64,000 nucleotides of DNA from Brevinema sp. (GCA_051653605.1 JBOFWL010000145.1:328121-392120), one strand, 5' to 3'. Positions 28,101 through 37,519 are shown, counted from the first letter of the stretch. Numbers and translations: made by a program. The notes: generated from the sequence alone by a model not told the origin.

Positions 28101-28221
28101 ATTGCTGCAGTAAGGACGCAAAAGATAAAAACCTTTTTGCCACCCAAAACTAACATCCCTGTTCCGTCGGTTGGCGGTTATTTTATAATTTTGTTTAACA
28201 ATAAAATTTCAAAAAGAAAAA

Positions 28222-29154
28222 TTATTGAGGAGAAGGTCTTCCCAGATTTTGGGTATATTCCCAGCGTTTACGCGCATACTCATATTGAACAATCTTATCG
28301 TACAAGACACGATTCCCTATTACGGCGGAGTCTTCTTGTTTTTGCCGATGAAGCCCCCACTCCAGCTCATCATCAATATCTAGATTATCCTCAACGTAGT
28401 ACGGGCTATAAGTGATTTCAGAATTTCCTATGTACGCGATAAAATCGCCAACGGGAGCATTACTAGGGCGGGTGATAATAAAACTATCAAAGCGAAGTAA
28501 CGGCAACGTATGAGGATAAATAGGACGAAGGGGCAAGATCATATCTTCTGGGCGTTGAGGAAAAAACGGATTGTTATAACTGAGTCGCCTCCAGCCCAGA
28601 AAACGAAGAGAGCCTAAAGGTATTTCTTTAATCTGATTAGAGTCATCTAGCATTCGAACGGCTAACGTATGAGGAAAAGCTCGCCCGTTCACCCATTGAG
28701 AAAACGATTTAATAATTCCGACATTGGTGACTACACCATTATTAATATTGGCGTACTCACCGGCATAGTTGAAAGGCAACAAAGGAAAAGTAGGGCGAAC
28801 AATAGCCTCATCGGGGAAGGGCCATTCAGGAAACTTAATTCTAACACCTAAAACAGTGCCTTGCTCCCCACTCTGGATACGCCGCGAATAGGAATCTTTA
28901 TTATCAAGAGGGTTTTCTCCGTCTCTGTTAGAAACGGTTACAAGCCAGTTGCTCAACATAAACATGCGGGAGCCAATTTCAGCATATACTCTTCCATTTT
29001 CATTGATAAAAGTATTGTTCTGATTCGTATAAATTTCTTGAATACCATCTTCAAATGTTGAAAAGTCAAAAAACATATGAGTTTTTTCTTGTGAAAAAGC
29101 AAGGGGTGTGCAAAATAACAAAGCAACAAAGAATAGGTTTAACTTTTTTCCCAT
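28222..29154 (-). CDS. flaA: Flagellar filament outer layer (sheath) protein FlaA
   Basis: ORF 28222-29283; the ATG at 29154 gives MGKKLNLFFVALLFCTPLAFSQ. Blocks resemble Brachyspira/Treponema FlaA as I remember it: VLGVRIKFPEW, GVVTNVGIIKSFSQWVNGRAF, GWRRLSYNNP, LLRFDSFIITR, VGDFIAYIGNSEITY, DIDDELEWG. Confidence 0.8.
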   Translation of the reverse strand: MGKKLNLFFVALLFCTPLAFSQEKTHMFFDFSTFEDGIQEIYTNQNNTFINENGRVYAEIGSRMFMLSNWLVTVSNRDGENPLDNKDSYSRRIQSGEQGTVLGVRIKFPEWPFPDEAIVRPTFPLLPFNYAGEYANINNGVVTNVGIIKSFSQWVNGRAFPHTLAVRMLDDSNQIKEIPLGSLRFLGWRRLSYNNPFFPQRPEDMILPLRPIYPHTLPLLRFDSFIITRPSNAPVGDFIAYIGNSEITYSPYYVEDNLDIDDELEWGLHRQKQEDSAVIGNRVLYDKIVQYEYARKRWEYTQNLGRPSPQ

Positions 29155-29192
29155 AAAACAACCTTCCACCAAAAACATCTCTCTTAAGTACG

Positions 29193-29200
29193 TTATCGGT
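29193..29200 (-). promoter_or_regulatory. sigma28-like -10 box upstream of flaA
   Basis: The minus-strand ACCGATAA matches GCCGATAA at 7/8. It lies 38 nt upstream of ATG 29154, with no clean -35. Confidence 0.4.
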
Positions 29201-29308
29201 ATTTTTTTCAAAAAACAAAGTGTTTTTATGAATGGCAAAATATTATGGCAACTTTCAATTTTTAAATGGTGCTGAGGAGGCAAAGCCCGTTTTTTAATTT
29301 AGCGAGGT

Positions 29309-30649
29309 TTACTTTCCTATGCAAAACTGAGAAAAGATACGATCCAAAATAGCGTCATCGGTGGTTTTGCCTGTGATTTCCTCAATAAAAAGGCGAGCAT
29401 TACGAACATGAGCTGCTGGAAATTCCTCGCTATCCCCCCGTTTAAGGCATGAAAATGCCTCATTGAGCTGGTTGTAAGCCTGAATCAACAGCCCCTCCTG
29501 CCGAATATTACTCACTAAAACCTCATTTTCTGGGTCTGCGCCCCCTGATTTTAAGAAATCCTTAACAGCGGAGAAAATATTTTCTAAGCCCGAGCCATTT
29601 TTAGAGCTTACAGCGATGCCACCCTCTAGCATTTGAGGGAGATCGCTTTTATTATCAATAATAATGCGTGGTCTTTGTTGGGTAAGTGTTTCTATTTCTA
29701 AATCAAGCTCATCCATTGGTGCTGATGCGTCTCTCACCCAAAAAACAAGATCAGCCTTATCAATCTGAATGCGGCTACGTCTGGCACCTTCTTGCTCAAG
29801 AGGGTCATTACTTTCGCGGATGCCGGCGGTATCAAAAAATCGCAAATGCATCCCCTCAGCATGGATAGATTGCTCAATAACATCGCGTGTGGTGCCTGCA
29901 ATATCGCTTACAATGGCTCTATCCTCTCCACAAAGGGCATTAAGAAGAGAACTCTTGCCCGCATTAGGCTTTCCTGCGAGTGCAATCTTGATACCCTCAG
30001 TGCTCATGATGCCAGTTTTAGCACCCTTTAACAAATTTTGACAACTTTCCATGAGACTTTGCGTGCGTTTTTGTAGGTCGTCGTTAATTTCAAGCCCGTG
30101 TTCTTCTTCGCTATGATCAATCGCCACTTCAAGAAGAGCAAGAAGATTCAGCACTTCGGCATGAATATCAGCTATTTTTTGGCTGAGGCCTCCACTTAAG
30201 CGGCCAAGAGCCTGCTTATGAGCTAAGCGGCTTTGAGAGTGGATGAGGTCTCTAACAGCCTCTGCCTCTGTGAGGTCCATCCTCCCATTGAGAAAAGCTC
30301 GCATTGAAAATTCACCAGGATTGGCGGCCCTCACCCCTATTGCCAGCAATGAAAGCATGATCTCATGGACAATATAAGGGCTACCATGGCAAGCAATCTC
30401 AAGGCTATCTTCTCCTGTAAAAGATCGAGGAGCATGAAAAACGGAAACCATCACCTCATCAATAAGAGAGCCATCTTGTGCTAGCCACTTACCATAGTTT
30501 GTAGTATTGGGAGAAAGATTTTCTAAAAGCGTTTTAGACTTAAAAAGCTGGGAGCATTTTTCGCAGCAAGAAGCTCCACTAACACGAATAAGAGAAATAG
30601 CCGCGATGCCTGTTGCCGTTGCTGGAGCAGCGATAATATCATTAGCCAT
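29309..30649 (-). CDS. mnmE: tRNA modification GTPase MnmE (TrmE)
   Basis: 446 aa with GKPNAGKSSLLNAL, DTAGIRE and the C-terminal CIGK motif. Confidence 0.95.
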   Translation of the reverse strand: MANDIIAAPATATGIAAISLIRVSGASCCEKCSQLFKSKTLLENLSPNTTNYGKWLAQDGSLIDEVMVSVFHAPRSFTGEDSLEIACHGSPYIVHEIMLSLLAIGVRAANPGEFSMRAFLNGRMDLTEAEAVRDLIHSQSRLAHKQALGRLSGGLSQKIADIHAEVLNLLALLEVAIDHSEEEHGLEINDDLQKRTQSLMESCQNLLKGAKTGIMSTEGIKIALAGKPNAGKSSLLNALCGEDRAIVSDIAGTTRDVIEQSIHAEGMHLRFFDTAGIRESNDPLEQEGARRSRIQIDKADLVFWVRDASAPMDELDLEIETLTQQRPRIIIDNKSDLPQMLEGGIAVSSKNGSGLENIFSAVKDFLKSGGADPENEVLVSNIRQEGLLIQAYNQLNEAFSCLKRGDSEEFPAAHVRNARLFIEEITGKTTDDAILDRIFSQFCIGK

Positions 30650-30663
30650 AAATATTCCTAAAA

Positions 30664-30692
30664 GAAGAGGACGCTCATAGCGCCCTCTTTTG
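30664..30692 (-). terminator. Possible terminator/attenuator between yidC and mnmE
   Basis: An imperfect stem at 30666-30674/30680-30688 (8 bp plus 1 mismatch) has T-rich flanks. Confidence 0.35.
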
Positions 30693-30697
30693 GTTGT

Positions 30698-32383
30698 TTA
30701 ATAATTTTTCTTTTTCTCACCGGAATGGCTGAGGTTTATTCCCTCTTGCTCAATAATAGAGAACACATTTTGTGCAGTCCAGTAAAGCACCAAGCCCGAT
30801 GGCATCCCCCAGAACAGGAACAAAAACAACACCGGCATCATATAACCTTGCATTTTCATTTGGCGTTGCATATCTGTCTCGGCATCTGTAGATTTTTGAC
30901 GCCCTTGTTGCAGGTAGGTAGTAAGCACTTGAAGCGCCGACATAATAATAGGTAATAAATTAAAACTAAAACTACCTATCATAAAGAGGGAGTCGGGTTG
31001 AGTGAGGTCTTTCACCCAGAGAAATTCTGCCCCTCGAAGCTCTACGGATCTGTTAAGAATACGGAACAAAATAAAGAAAATTGGCATCTGAAGCAACAAT
31101 GGAAGACATCCACCCAGCGGGTTGGCTTTTTCTTGCTTGTATAGCTCCATCGTCTTTTGTTGAAGCAGAGCTTGATCATTGCCATATTTTTCTTGAAGCT
31201 TATTAATTTTAGGTTGAAGCAATCTCATCTTTTTCATCGAGATGGCAGCCTTTATTGATAAAGGAAGTAAAACCAGTTTAACAAGTAGGGCGATTATAAT
31301 AAGGATTAATCCTGCATTATCAATAAAGCGGAAAAGTTGTTGAATAATCCAATGAGTGCCATTTTCGATAGGCTTCATAATAAGATTAAACCCTGGCCAC
31401 CAAGAGAAAAGCTTACGATAGTTTTTATCAATGGCGATTACCTTACTTTCTTGCATAGGCCCAATATAGTGGTCTATTCCAAGCTGAAGCATGCCCCCAG
31501 CAGGAATATTTGTTGCAAGCACTTGAATCCCCATGCCTGTAACTTTACGAGCTGCATCAAAAGTATTATAAACTCCGGCAGTATTTTCAAAATTAGGACG
31601 AACAATCCCAAGGAAGAAATTATCAGAGAGAGACATCCATGATGGGCTATTAACGATAGCCACCCCACCTCTAGCACCGGTAAAACTTGCACCTTGAAAC
31701 TTCGCTTTTTGAACTTTTTCACCATTGTTCCAGCGGTAGGAAAGATTGTTATTATTATTTTGAGAAATACCAATAAAATTGTAAAATACACCAAATGTAA
31801 ACGCAACACCATCATGATCAAGCACTGCAGTAGTAGCACCAGCATTAGAAAGCATTAAAGTTTCTCTTGCCTTTCCCTCTCCGGAAAAGCCAATTTCACG
31901 AATAAGAACAAGCTCTGTATCACCAACGGGCACGCGAGCACTCAAACGAACAACGGATGGAGAAACGGAAAAAATAGTGTACTTAGGGCGTTCTCTTGAG
32001 GTGAGAAGAGTAGTATAAGTGCCGAAAGTAAAATCGAAGGGTCTAGCTTCTGGGGAAGCACCTAAAACACTGATAGGAGATTTAGTGCGATTCCAGCTTC
32101 CATTAATGGTAAGATCGACAGCACCCTCCGAGCCAATGACAGCAGAAATGCTTTCATCGGAGGCAACAACCTCTAAGGGTTCGGGGTAGACAACGGAATC
32201 TTTCTCATCTCCCATCGAAGCAGGTGAAAGAACAGGCTGAGCCACCGCTTGATTGCTAGTAGGAGCAGAAGAGGCCTGAGGAGCCTGGTCTTTAGACTTC
32301 ACAAAATAATATACAGCTGCAGAAATTCCTAGTATTACTAATAGTACAATATTAACTATTTTTTTAATCTGTTCTTTTTTCAT
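30698..32383 (-). CDS. yidC: Membrane protein insertase YidC
   Basis: ORF 30698-32443. The ATG at 32383 (MKKEQIKKIVNIVLLVILG) follows GGAGG. It has a large periplasmic domain and a conserved C-terminal core, NPLGGCLPLLLQMPIFF. Confidence 0.92.
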   Translation of the reverse strand: MKKEQIKKIVNIVLLVILGISAAVYYFVKSKDQAPQASSAPTSNQAVAQPVLSPASMGDEKDSVVYPEPLEVVASDESISAVIGSEGAVDLTINGSWNRTKSPISVLGASPEARPFDFTFGTYTTLLTSRERPKYTIFSVSPSVVRLSARVPVGDTELVLIREIGFSGEGKARETLMLSNAGATTAVLDHDGVAFTFGVFYNFIGISQNNNNNLSYRWNNGEKVQKAKFQGASFTGARGGVAIVNSPSWMSLSDNFFLGIVRPNFENTAGVYNTFDAARKVTGMGIQVLATNIPAGGMLQLGIDHYIGPMQESKVIAIDKNYRKLFSWWPGFNLIMKPIENGTHWIIQQLFRFIDNAGLILIIIALLVKLVLLPLSIKAAISMKKMRLLQPKINKLQEKYGNDQALLQQKTMELYKQEKANPLGGCLPLLLQMPIFFILFRILNRSVELRGAEFLWVKDLTQPDSLFMIGSFSFNLLPIIMSALQVLTTYLQQGRQKSTDAETDMQRQMKMQGYMMPVLFLFLFWGMPSGLVLYWTAQNVFSIIEQEGINLSHSGEKKKNY

Positions 32384-32414
32384 AGGATTAAACGCCTCCA
32401 CTAACACGTGGAAC

Positions 32415-32443
32415 ATTTTACACGAAAAACCCCCTTCCGTCAA
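32415..32443 (-). promoter_or_regulatory. sigma70 promoter for yidC
   Basis: On the minus strand: TTGACG (32443-32438), N17, TAAAAT (32420-32415). Confidence 0.65.
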
Positions 32444-32461
32444 GGCTTTTACCTATGAAAC

Positions 32462-32490
32462 TTGACCATTTATAGATTTTACCCTATAAT
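32462..32490 (+). promoter_or_regulatory. sigma70 promoter for murA
   Basis: TTGACC (32462-32467), N17, TATAAT (32485-32490). The ORF-track TTG start is this -35 hexamer. Confidence 0.7.
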
Positions 32491-32524
32491 GAAAAACAAT
32501 CCAATGAGTCCGAGGGAGGTATTT

Positions 32525-33793
32525 GTGGATAAATTCATTATTAATGGTGGGAAGCCCCTAAAAGGCACTGTCTGTATAGGTGGGGCAAAAAATGCAGCAT
32601 TACCCCTTCTTGCAGCAAGTCTTCTTACAAAAGAACCCATCATCTTGCATAATGTCCCAATGTTAGAAGATATCCAAACAATGTTTGCCCTTCTCAGTTC
32701 TCTAGGAAAAAAACTAGTTCGAGACGGTTCTACCGTTACAATTACAGAAGAAAAAACAATTGGATTCAAAGCTCCCTACGATATCGTCAGCCGAATGAGG
32801 GCATCTATTGCCGTAATGGGGCCCTTGGCAGCAAGGCTAGGGCAAGCGGTTATTTCGTTACCTGGGGGATGCAATCTTGGCCCCCGTCCTATTGATCTTC
32901 ATATAAAAGGAATGGAAGAACTCGGAGCGCTGTGCGAAACAACGCACGGCTATATTAACGTAACAGTACCTCAGGGAAAGCTCGTTGGAAAAAGAATGAA
33001 TCTTCTTGGAAAAAGTGGCCCCTCTGTGCTTGGCACGGAAAACATCATGATGGCGGCAACACTAGCTAAGGGAACAACTGTAATCGATGGTTCCGCTAGA
33101 GAGCCCGAAGTCAGTGATTTAGCAGGGTTATTAAATGCAATGGGAGCAAATATTTCAGGCATAGGTAGTTCTACACTCACTATCGAAGGTTGCGATGAAT
33201 TGCACGGAGCAGAATACACTGTTATCGCCGACCGTATCGAAACAGGAACCTTCATTCTTATTGCGGGTATCACCAAAGGCGATGTCACCATTAAAAATTG
33301 TCGTCCCGATCACCTTGAAACCCCAATTTCCGTCTTTAGAGAAGCAGGTATGATTATCGACATACTCGACGATACAACAATTCGAGTGCGTGCAGGCAAA
33401 ACAAAAGGGGTGAAAACCTCTACATTGCCCTACCCCGAGTTTCCAACCGATCTCCAAGCCCAGTTTTTATCTTATCTAGCACTATCAGAAGGAAACAGTA
33501 TCATCGAAGAAACCATCTATCCAGACCGATTCATGCACGCAGCAGAGCTTGTGCGAATGGGAGCGGATATTCAAGTTGATCAAGGGCTCGCCGTTGTTTC
33601 AGGCGTGGATAAATTATCGGGAGCATCGGTAATGAGCTCTGATTTACGTGGGGGTGCGGCGTTGGTGGCAGCGGCGTTGGCAGCAGAAGGCATATCGGAT
33701 GTATTGAGAATATACCATATCGATAGAGGTTACGAATCGTTTGAAATAAAGCTCCAAAAACTAGGGGCTGATATCCAACGAGCAAAACAATAG
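32525..33793 (+). CDS. murA: UDP-N-acetylglucosamine 1-carboxyvinyltransferase
   Basis: An in-frame GTG at 32525 lies 5 nt after GGGAGG and gives (M)DKFIINGGKPLKGTV, the canonical MurA N-terminus. The active-site loop is LPGGCNLGPRPIDLH. Confidence 0.95.
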   Translation: MDKFIINGGKPLKGTVCIGGAKNAALPLLAASLLTKEPIILHNVPMLEDIQTMFALLSSLGKKLVRDGSTVTITEEKTIGFKAPYDIVSRMRASIAVMGPLAARLGQAVISLPGGCNLGPRPIDLHIKGMEELGALCETTHGYINVTVPQGKLVGKRMNLLGKSGPSVLGTENIMMAATLAKGTTVIDGSAREPEVSDLAGLLNAMGANISGIGSSTLTIEGCDELHGAEYTVIADRIETGTFILIAGITKGDVTIKNCRPDHLETPISVFREAGMIIDILDDTTIRVRAGKTKGVKTSTLPYPEFPTDLQAQFLSYLALSEGNSIIEETIYPDRFMHAAELVRMGADIQVDQGLAVVSGVDKLSGASVMSSDLRGGAALVAAALAAEGISDVLRIYHIDRGYESFEIKLQKLGADIQRAKQ

Positions 33794-33802
33794 TTTTATA
33801 AT

Positions 33803-34660
33803 ATGAAAATCATAATCGCCTTATTATTCATCTGCTCTCCTATTTTTGCTGATCCTATCCATTTTGCAGCCCAAAGAGGGCTTCTATCAAGGGTTAAAAA
33901 CTACATTGAAAAAAGGAAAATCCCCGTGGATCTTCCTCTAAAAGAGACAGGAGAGACACCCCTCATCTTAGCAGTAGGCTCTAACGAACCCAAAATTGAA
34001 TTGGTTCATTATCTTATCCAACAAGGGGCAAATATCAATGCGGCGACTATTGATGGCTGGACAGCACTAATGAGTGCCTCCCAGCGAAATTTCACTAATA
34101 ATATAATGGTGCTACTTTCTAATGGGGCATCACCTCATATGGTGACAAAATTTGGAGAAAACGCGCTAATGATAGCCATTCGCTACCAAAGCCTTGATGC
34201 AGCACGACTGCTTCTCGAAGAGGCTCCCGACCTTGCATGGCGAGCAGATAAAAATGGGCGTACCCCTCTGATGATAGCCACTCAAAACGCCGATTCAGAC
34301 GCAGTTTCGCTACTTATTGAGGCAAAATCGCCCTTAGATGCGGTTGATGCTAATGGATACACAGCTGTTATGAAAATCAGCGCTGTGCGTTCTCTGGCAG
34401 CATTGAATACCCTATTGAAGGCTGGAGCCAATCCTAACATTGCTACCAGCGAAGGCTGGACAGCCCTAATGGAAGCTGCGATTCAAAACCGCCCTGATGC
34501 AGCGATTGTCCTATTAAAAGCTGGGGCAAACCCCAAAGCAAGAGATCGCTTTGGCAGAACAATTAAAACCCTTATCCCCTCTCAAGCACAGCCAAACAAA
34601 GATAATGATTCACCAGAATGGCAGGATGTGCTTAATCTAATCGACGATATGTCGTTATAA
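33803..34660 (+). CDS. Exported ankyrin-repeat protein
   Basis: 285 aa with signal peptide MKIIIALLFICSPIFA. It has about 6-7 ANK units of about 33 aa, e.g. DGWTALMSASQRN...LLSNGASPH, NGRTPLMIATQNADSDAVSLLIEAKSPLDAVD and EGWTALMEAAIQNRPDAAIVLLKAGANP. Confidence 0.85.
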   Translation: MKIIIALLFICSPIFADPIHFAAQRGLLSRVKNYIEKRKIPVDLPLKETGETPLILAVGSNEPKIELVHYLIQQGANINAATIDGWTALMSASQRNFTNNIMVLLSNGASPHMVTKFGENALMIAIRYQSLDAARLLLEEAPDLAWRADKNGRTPLMIATQNADSDAVSLLIEAKSPLDAVDANGYTAVMKISAVRSLAALNTLLKAGANPNIATSEGWTALMEAAIQNRPDAAIVLLKAGANPKARDRFGRTIKTLIPSQAQPNKDNDSPEWQDVLNLIDDMSL

Positions 34661-34677
34661 AAATCTTATTGATTAAT

Positions 34678-34706
34678 AAAAAAATCCTCAAAATGAGGAT
34701 TTTTTG
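34678..34706. terminator. Bidirectional terminator (ankyrin gene / glycosyltransferase gene)
   Basis: AAAATCCTCA (34681-34690) pairs with TGAGGATTTT (34694-34703), with A- and T-runs on both sides. Confidence 0.85.
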
Positions 34707-34733
34707 CTAGAAACATTTTTTAACAAATAATAA

Positions 34734-35465
34734 TTATGATTTTTTAATAGGAAGTCTTCCAAAAAGCTTTCGAACTCTCATCCATGGGCAGCCAAAAAGC
34801 GCCTCAAAGATGATCATTCCATGCATTTTCGCAACACCAACAGTGCGTTCGTAGAAAATAATGGGAACATCCACCATTTTAAAGCCCATGTATTGAGTAG
34901 CACTTTTCATTTCAATCTGAAACATGTAGCCTCGAGCGCGAATTTTATCAAAATCAATGCGTCTAAGAACCTCAGCTGTATAACAATTAAAGCCTCCAGT
35001 AAGATCAGAACAAGGTACGCCCGTCATAATACGCGCATATTGATTTGCAAAAATACTTAAGAGTAAACGCTTTACATCCCAATCTATCACCCTAACCCCG
35101 TTAGAATAGCGAGACCCAAAACAAGCCTTAGCACCATCTTTTTCTATTACTTGGGAGAATTTTTTAAGATCGGATGGAGAATGAGATAAGTCGGCATCCA
35201 TCTGAATAACGTAATCGTATGACATCTCTAATGCTTTACAAAAACCAGCTATATAAGCTCGCCCCAAGCCATCTTTAGCCGTTCGAGACATAAGATGAAT
35301 ACGTGTACCAAAACCCTCCGCTGCACGAACAAGATCTGCTGTGCCATCGGGAGAAGAATCATCAACAACTAGAATATCTAAAGAGCTTTCTTTGAGAATC
35401 ATAGGAAGAATTCTCTCAATATTGCCAGCCTCATTATAAGTTGGCATAACTACAACACCTTTCAT
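34734..35465 (-). CDS. GT2 polyprenol-phosphate mannosyltransferase-like glycosyltransferase
   Basis: ORF 34734-35486. The ATG at 35465 (MKGVVVMPTYNEAGNI) lies 5 nt after GAGG. It has the DDSSPDGT and QMDADLSH motifs typical of Dpm1/Ppm1-like GT2 enzymes. Confidence 0.85.
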   Translation of the reverse strand: MKGVVVMPTYNEAGNIERILPMILKESSLDILVVDDSSPDGTADLVRAAEGFGTRIHLMSRTAKDGLGRAYIAGFCKALEMSYDYVIQMDADLSHSPSDLKKFSQVIEKDGAKACFGSRYSNGVRVIDWDVKRLLLSIFANQYARIMTGVPCSDLTGGFNCYTAEVLRRIDFDKIRARGYMFQIEMKSATQYMGFKMVDVPIIFYERTVGVAKMHGMIIFEALFGCPWMRVRKLFGRLPIKKS

Positions 35466-35552
35466 ACGAACCTCAACCTTATACAATGACTTAAATTATA
35501 CGGTAGAATAAAAAAAAATTCAAGAAAGTTTAATGAAAAACAATGCTTATCC

Positions 35553-35581
35553 TTGAAAAATAAATCCTTTCTTATTATAAT
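35553..35581 (+). promoter_or_regulatory. Near-consensus sigma70 promoter
   Basis: TTGAAA (35553-35558), N17, TATAAT (35576-35581). Confidence 0.7.
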
Positions 35582-35626
35582 GAAACAACGACATTGTAAC
35601 GTAACCAAAAAGTAAGGATGATTTTC

Positions 35627-37519
35627 ATGGGCAAAAAATGGATTTTATGGCTAGCTCTTTTCGCCTCTCCAACCGTTCTTTCCGCAGTAGAAACTCGAAC
35701 TATTAGTGAAAGTGGTTATCAAAATTTATGGTTATGGCAGCTTTCTAACACATCTCTTGTCAATCGTGAAGGCATTGCCTTGGCAAACGAAAGTAGTAAA
35801 GTTTTCTCTACCCCATCACTTTTGTGGACGTCATCTATCATTGGTGGCACAATGTACTATGGAGCAGCAGATACTGCTCGTATTTTCATGGTTGAAAATA
35901 ATACCGAAAACACCATCTATAGTAACACCAACAAAACGCTTATTTCTATCATAGCACCCTCACAAAATGGCTTTGTGGCTGCATCTGGGCCCGACGCCGA
36001 ATTTTTAGTTTTCAGTTCAGGTGGGGCTTTAACCACTAATATTGGGCTTTCAAACACCTATATCTGGGATGTAGCGCTTCGACCCGACAATGGTTTTGAT
36101 GTGTTAGCATCATTACCTGCACAAATTTATACATATACAAACGGGCAACTTTCAGAAACAACAAGCTTTCCCGAAGAAGACCACTTGCTTCGTGGGCAAT
36201 ACATCAATACAACGCTTTGGATTCTCAGTGAAAAAGCCTTGTATAAAAAAGAAGGGTCGAAAATAACCGCTGTTGCAGCATTTAATGGAACGGCAGCAAG
36301 TTTTGTCTACCATGATAATAAGTTCTACGTTATTCAATCGGTAACAACGCCGCCTAAAAATTCCTCAGAAAAAGAACAAGTAGTCTCATCCTTGATATCA
36401 GTCACACCAGAAGGCCTCACAGAAGAGCTACTGTCTCTTCAAGGTTTTTTCTTTACAGCCGTCAACGCCGATAACAATACAGTCTATATAGGCGGAAATC
36501 AATACGGTCTTACTATATCATACGATATACCTTCACGAAACTCGCATTTTTCTTCATTGGGCACGGGTAAAGTTTTATCTATCCGCCCACAAGGCGACAA
36601 TCTAATGATGCTTACCGCCGATGAAAGCGCACTATGGACGCTCTATAATCGCCCAGCTGTTAAAGGAGAGTTCATCTCCGAAGTCTACGACACGCAAGTA
36701 ACCTCTCAATGGGGCGAATTTACAGCCAGTGCATCCATTCTTCCTGGAACTTCAGTGCAATATTACGTTCAAACTGGGGTTATTCCCAATACCGACTATT
36801 GGAGTGACTGGGTACCTGTTGCTCCTGGCTCAAAAATTGGAGCTCCAGAAGGGCGATATATCCGATATCGAGCGGTTTTAAATAGCAGTCAAGGTCGATC
36901 ACCAGTGGTGTACGGTATCAGTTTTCCTTATACACAACGCAATCTAGCCCCAAAAATGGAAAGAATTTCTGCCGAGCGTCGCCCTGGTACAGTGCTTGTC
37001 ACATGGGCAGCTAGCGACCCTAACCGAGACACACTCTCCTACGATATTTTCATGCACGAAATTGGGCGTGAACGCGTTAAAATAAATGGCGAGCCTCTCA
37101 CAGCCACTAATTATACATTCTATAACGAGCAGTTTCCTTCTGGGAAAAAGAGAATCACCGTAGTTGCAAGTGATATTCAATCCAATGCACCAGAAACAGC
37201 ACTTAAAGCTGAGTTAACAACATTGCCCATCACCTTTGATAGTGAAGCACCAGTAATTGGCGACTTCAAAATAGAACGCAATGTTGCCGATAAAACGGCG
37301 GTGGTTTCTTTCACAGCAACGGATGGATATAGCCCTATTCAAGTTGTATCATATCTTATCAATGGACGAAATCCAAAAAATATTCGCCCTATTGACGAAA
37401 TCTTCGATTCTCTCACGGAAAGTTTCCGTATTCGAGTTCCATTTGGCATATACCTACAGTTTCAAGTAACGGATACAGCTGGAAATACTGCCTCTAAAGG
37501 CATATACATCCCCCAATAA
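35627..37519 (+). CDS. Large exported hypothetical protein (propeller-like N-terminal part, Ig/FN3-like C-terminal modules)
   Basis: ORF 35618-37519; the ATG at 35627 gives the signal peptide MGKKWILWLALFASPTVLSA. The N-terminal half is repetitive and beta-rich. FN3-like stretches follow (GTVLVTWAASDPNRDTLSYDIF, KTAVVSFTATDGYSPIQVVSY). Confidence 0.7.
   Translation: MGKKWILWLALFASPTVLSAVETRTISESGYQNLWLWQLSNTSLVNREGIALANESSKVFSTPSLLWTSSIIGGTMYYGAADTARIFMVENNTENTIYSNTNKTLISIIAPSQNGFVAASGPDAEFLVFSSGGALTTNIGLSNTYIWDVALRPDNGFDVLASLPAQIYTYTNGQLSETTSFPEEDHLLRGQYINTTLWILSEKALYKKEGSKITAVAAFNGTAASFVYHDNKFYVIQSVTTPPKNSSEKEQVVSSLISVTPEGLTEELLSLQGFFFTAVNADNNTVYIGGNQYGLTISYDIPSRNSHFSSLGTGKVLSIRPQGDNLMMLTADESALWTLYNRPAVKGEFISEVYDTQVTSQWGEFTASASILPGTSVQYYVQTGVIPNTDYWSDWVPVAPGSKIGAPEGRYIRYRAVLNSSQGRSPVVYGISFPYTQRNLAPKMERISAERRPGTVLVTWAASDPNRDTLSYDIFMHEIGRERVKINGEPLTATNYTFYNEQFPSGKKRITVVASDIQSNAPETALKAELTTLPITFDSEAPVIGDFKIERNVADKTAVVSFTATDGYSPIQVVSYLINGRNPKNIRPIDEIFDSLTESFRIRVPFGIYLQFQVTDTAGNTASKGIYIPQ

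Noticed and set aside
28137-28415. A 92-aa + strand ORF across the flaA 3' UTR and 3' end.
   Set aside because: It is antisense to flaA, has no SD, and starts within the structured spacer.
32462-32524. The N-terminal extension of murA proposed by the ORF track (TTG start at 32462).
   Set aside because: The TTG is the first half of a TTGACC-N17-TATAAT promoter. GGGAGG plus the GTG at 32525 yields the canonical MurA N-terminus MDKF....
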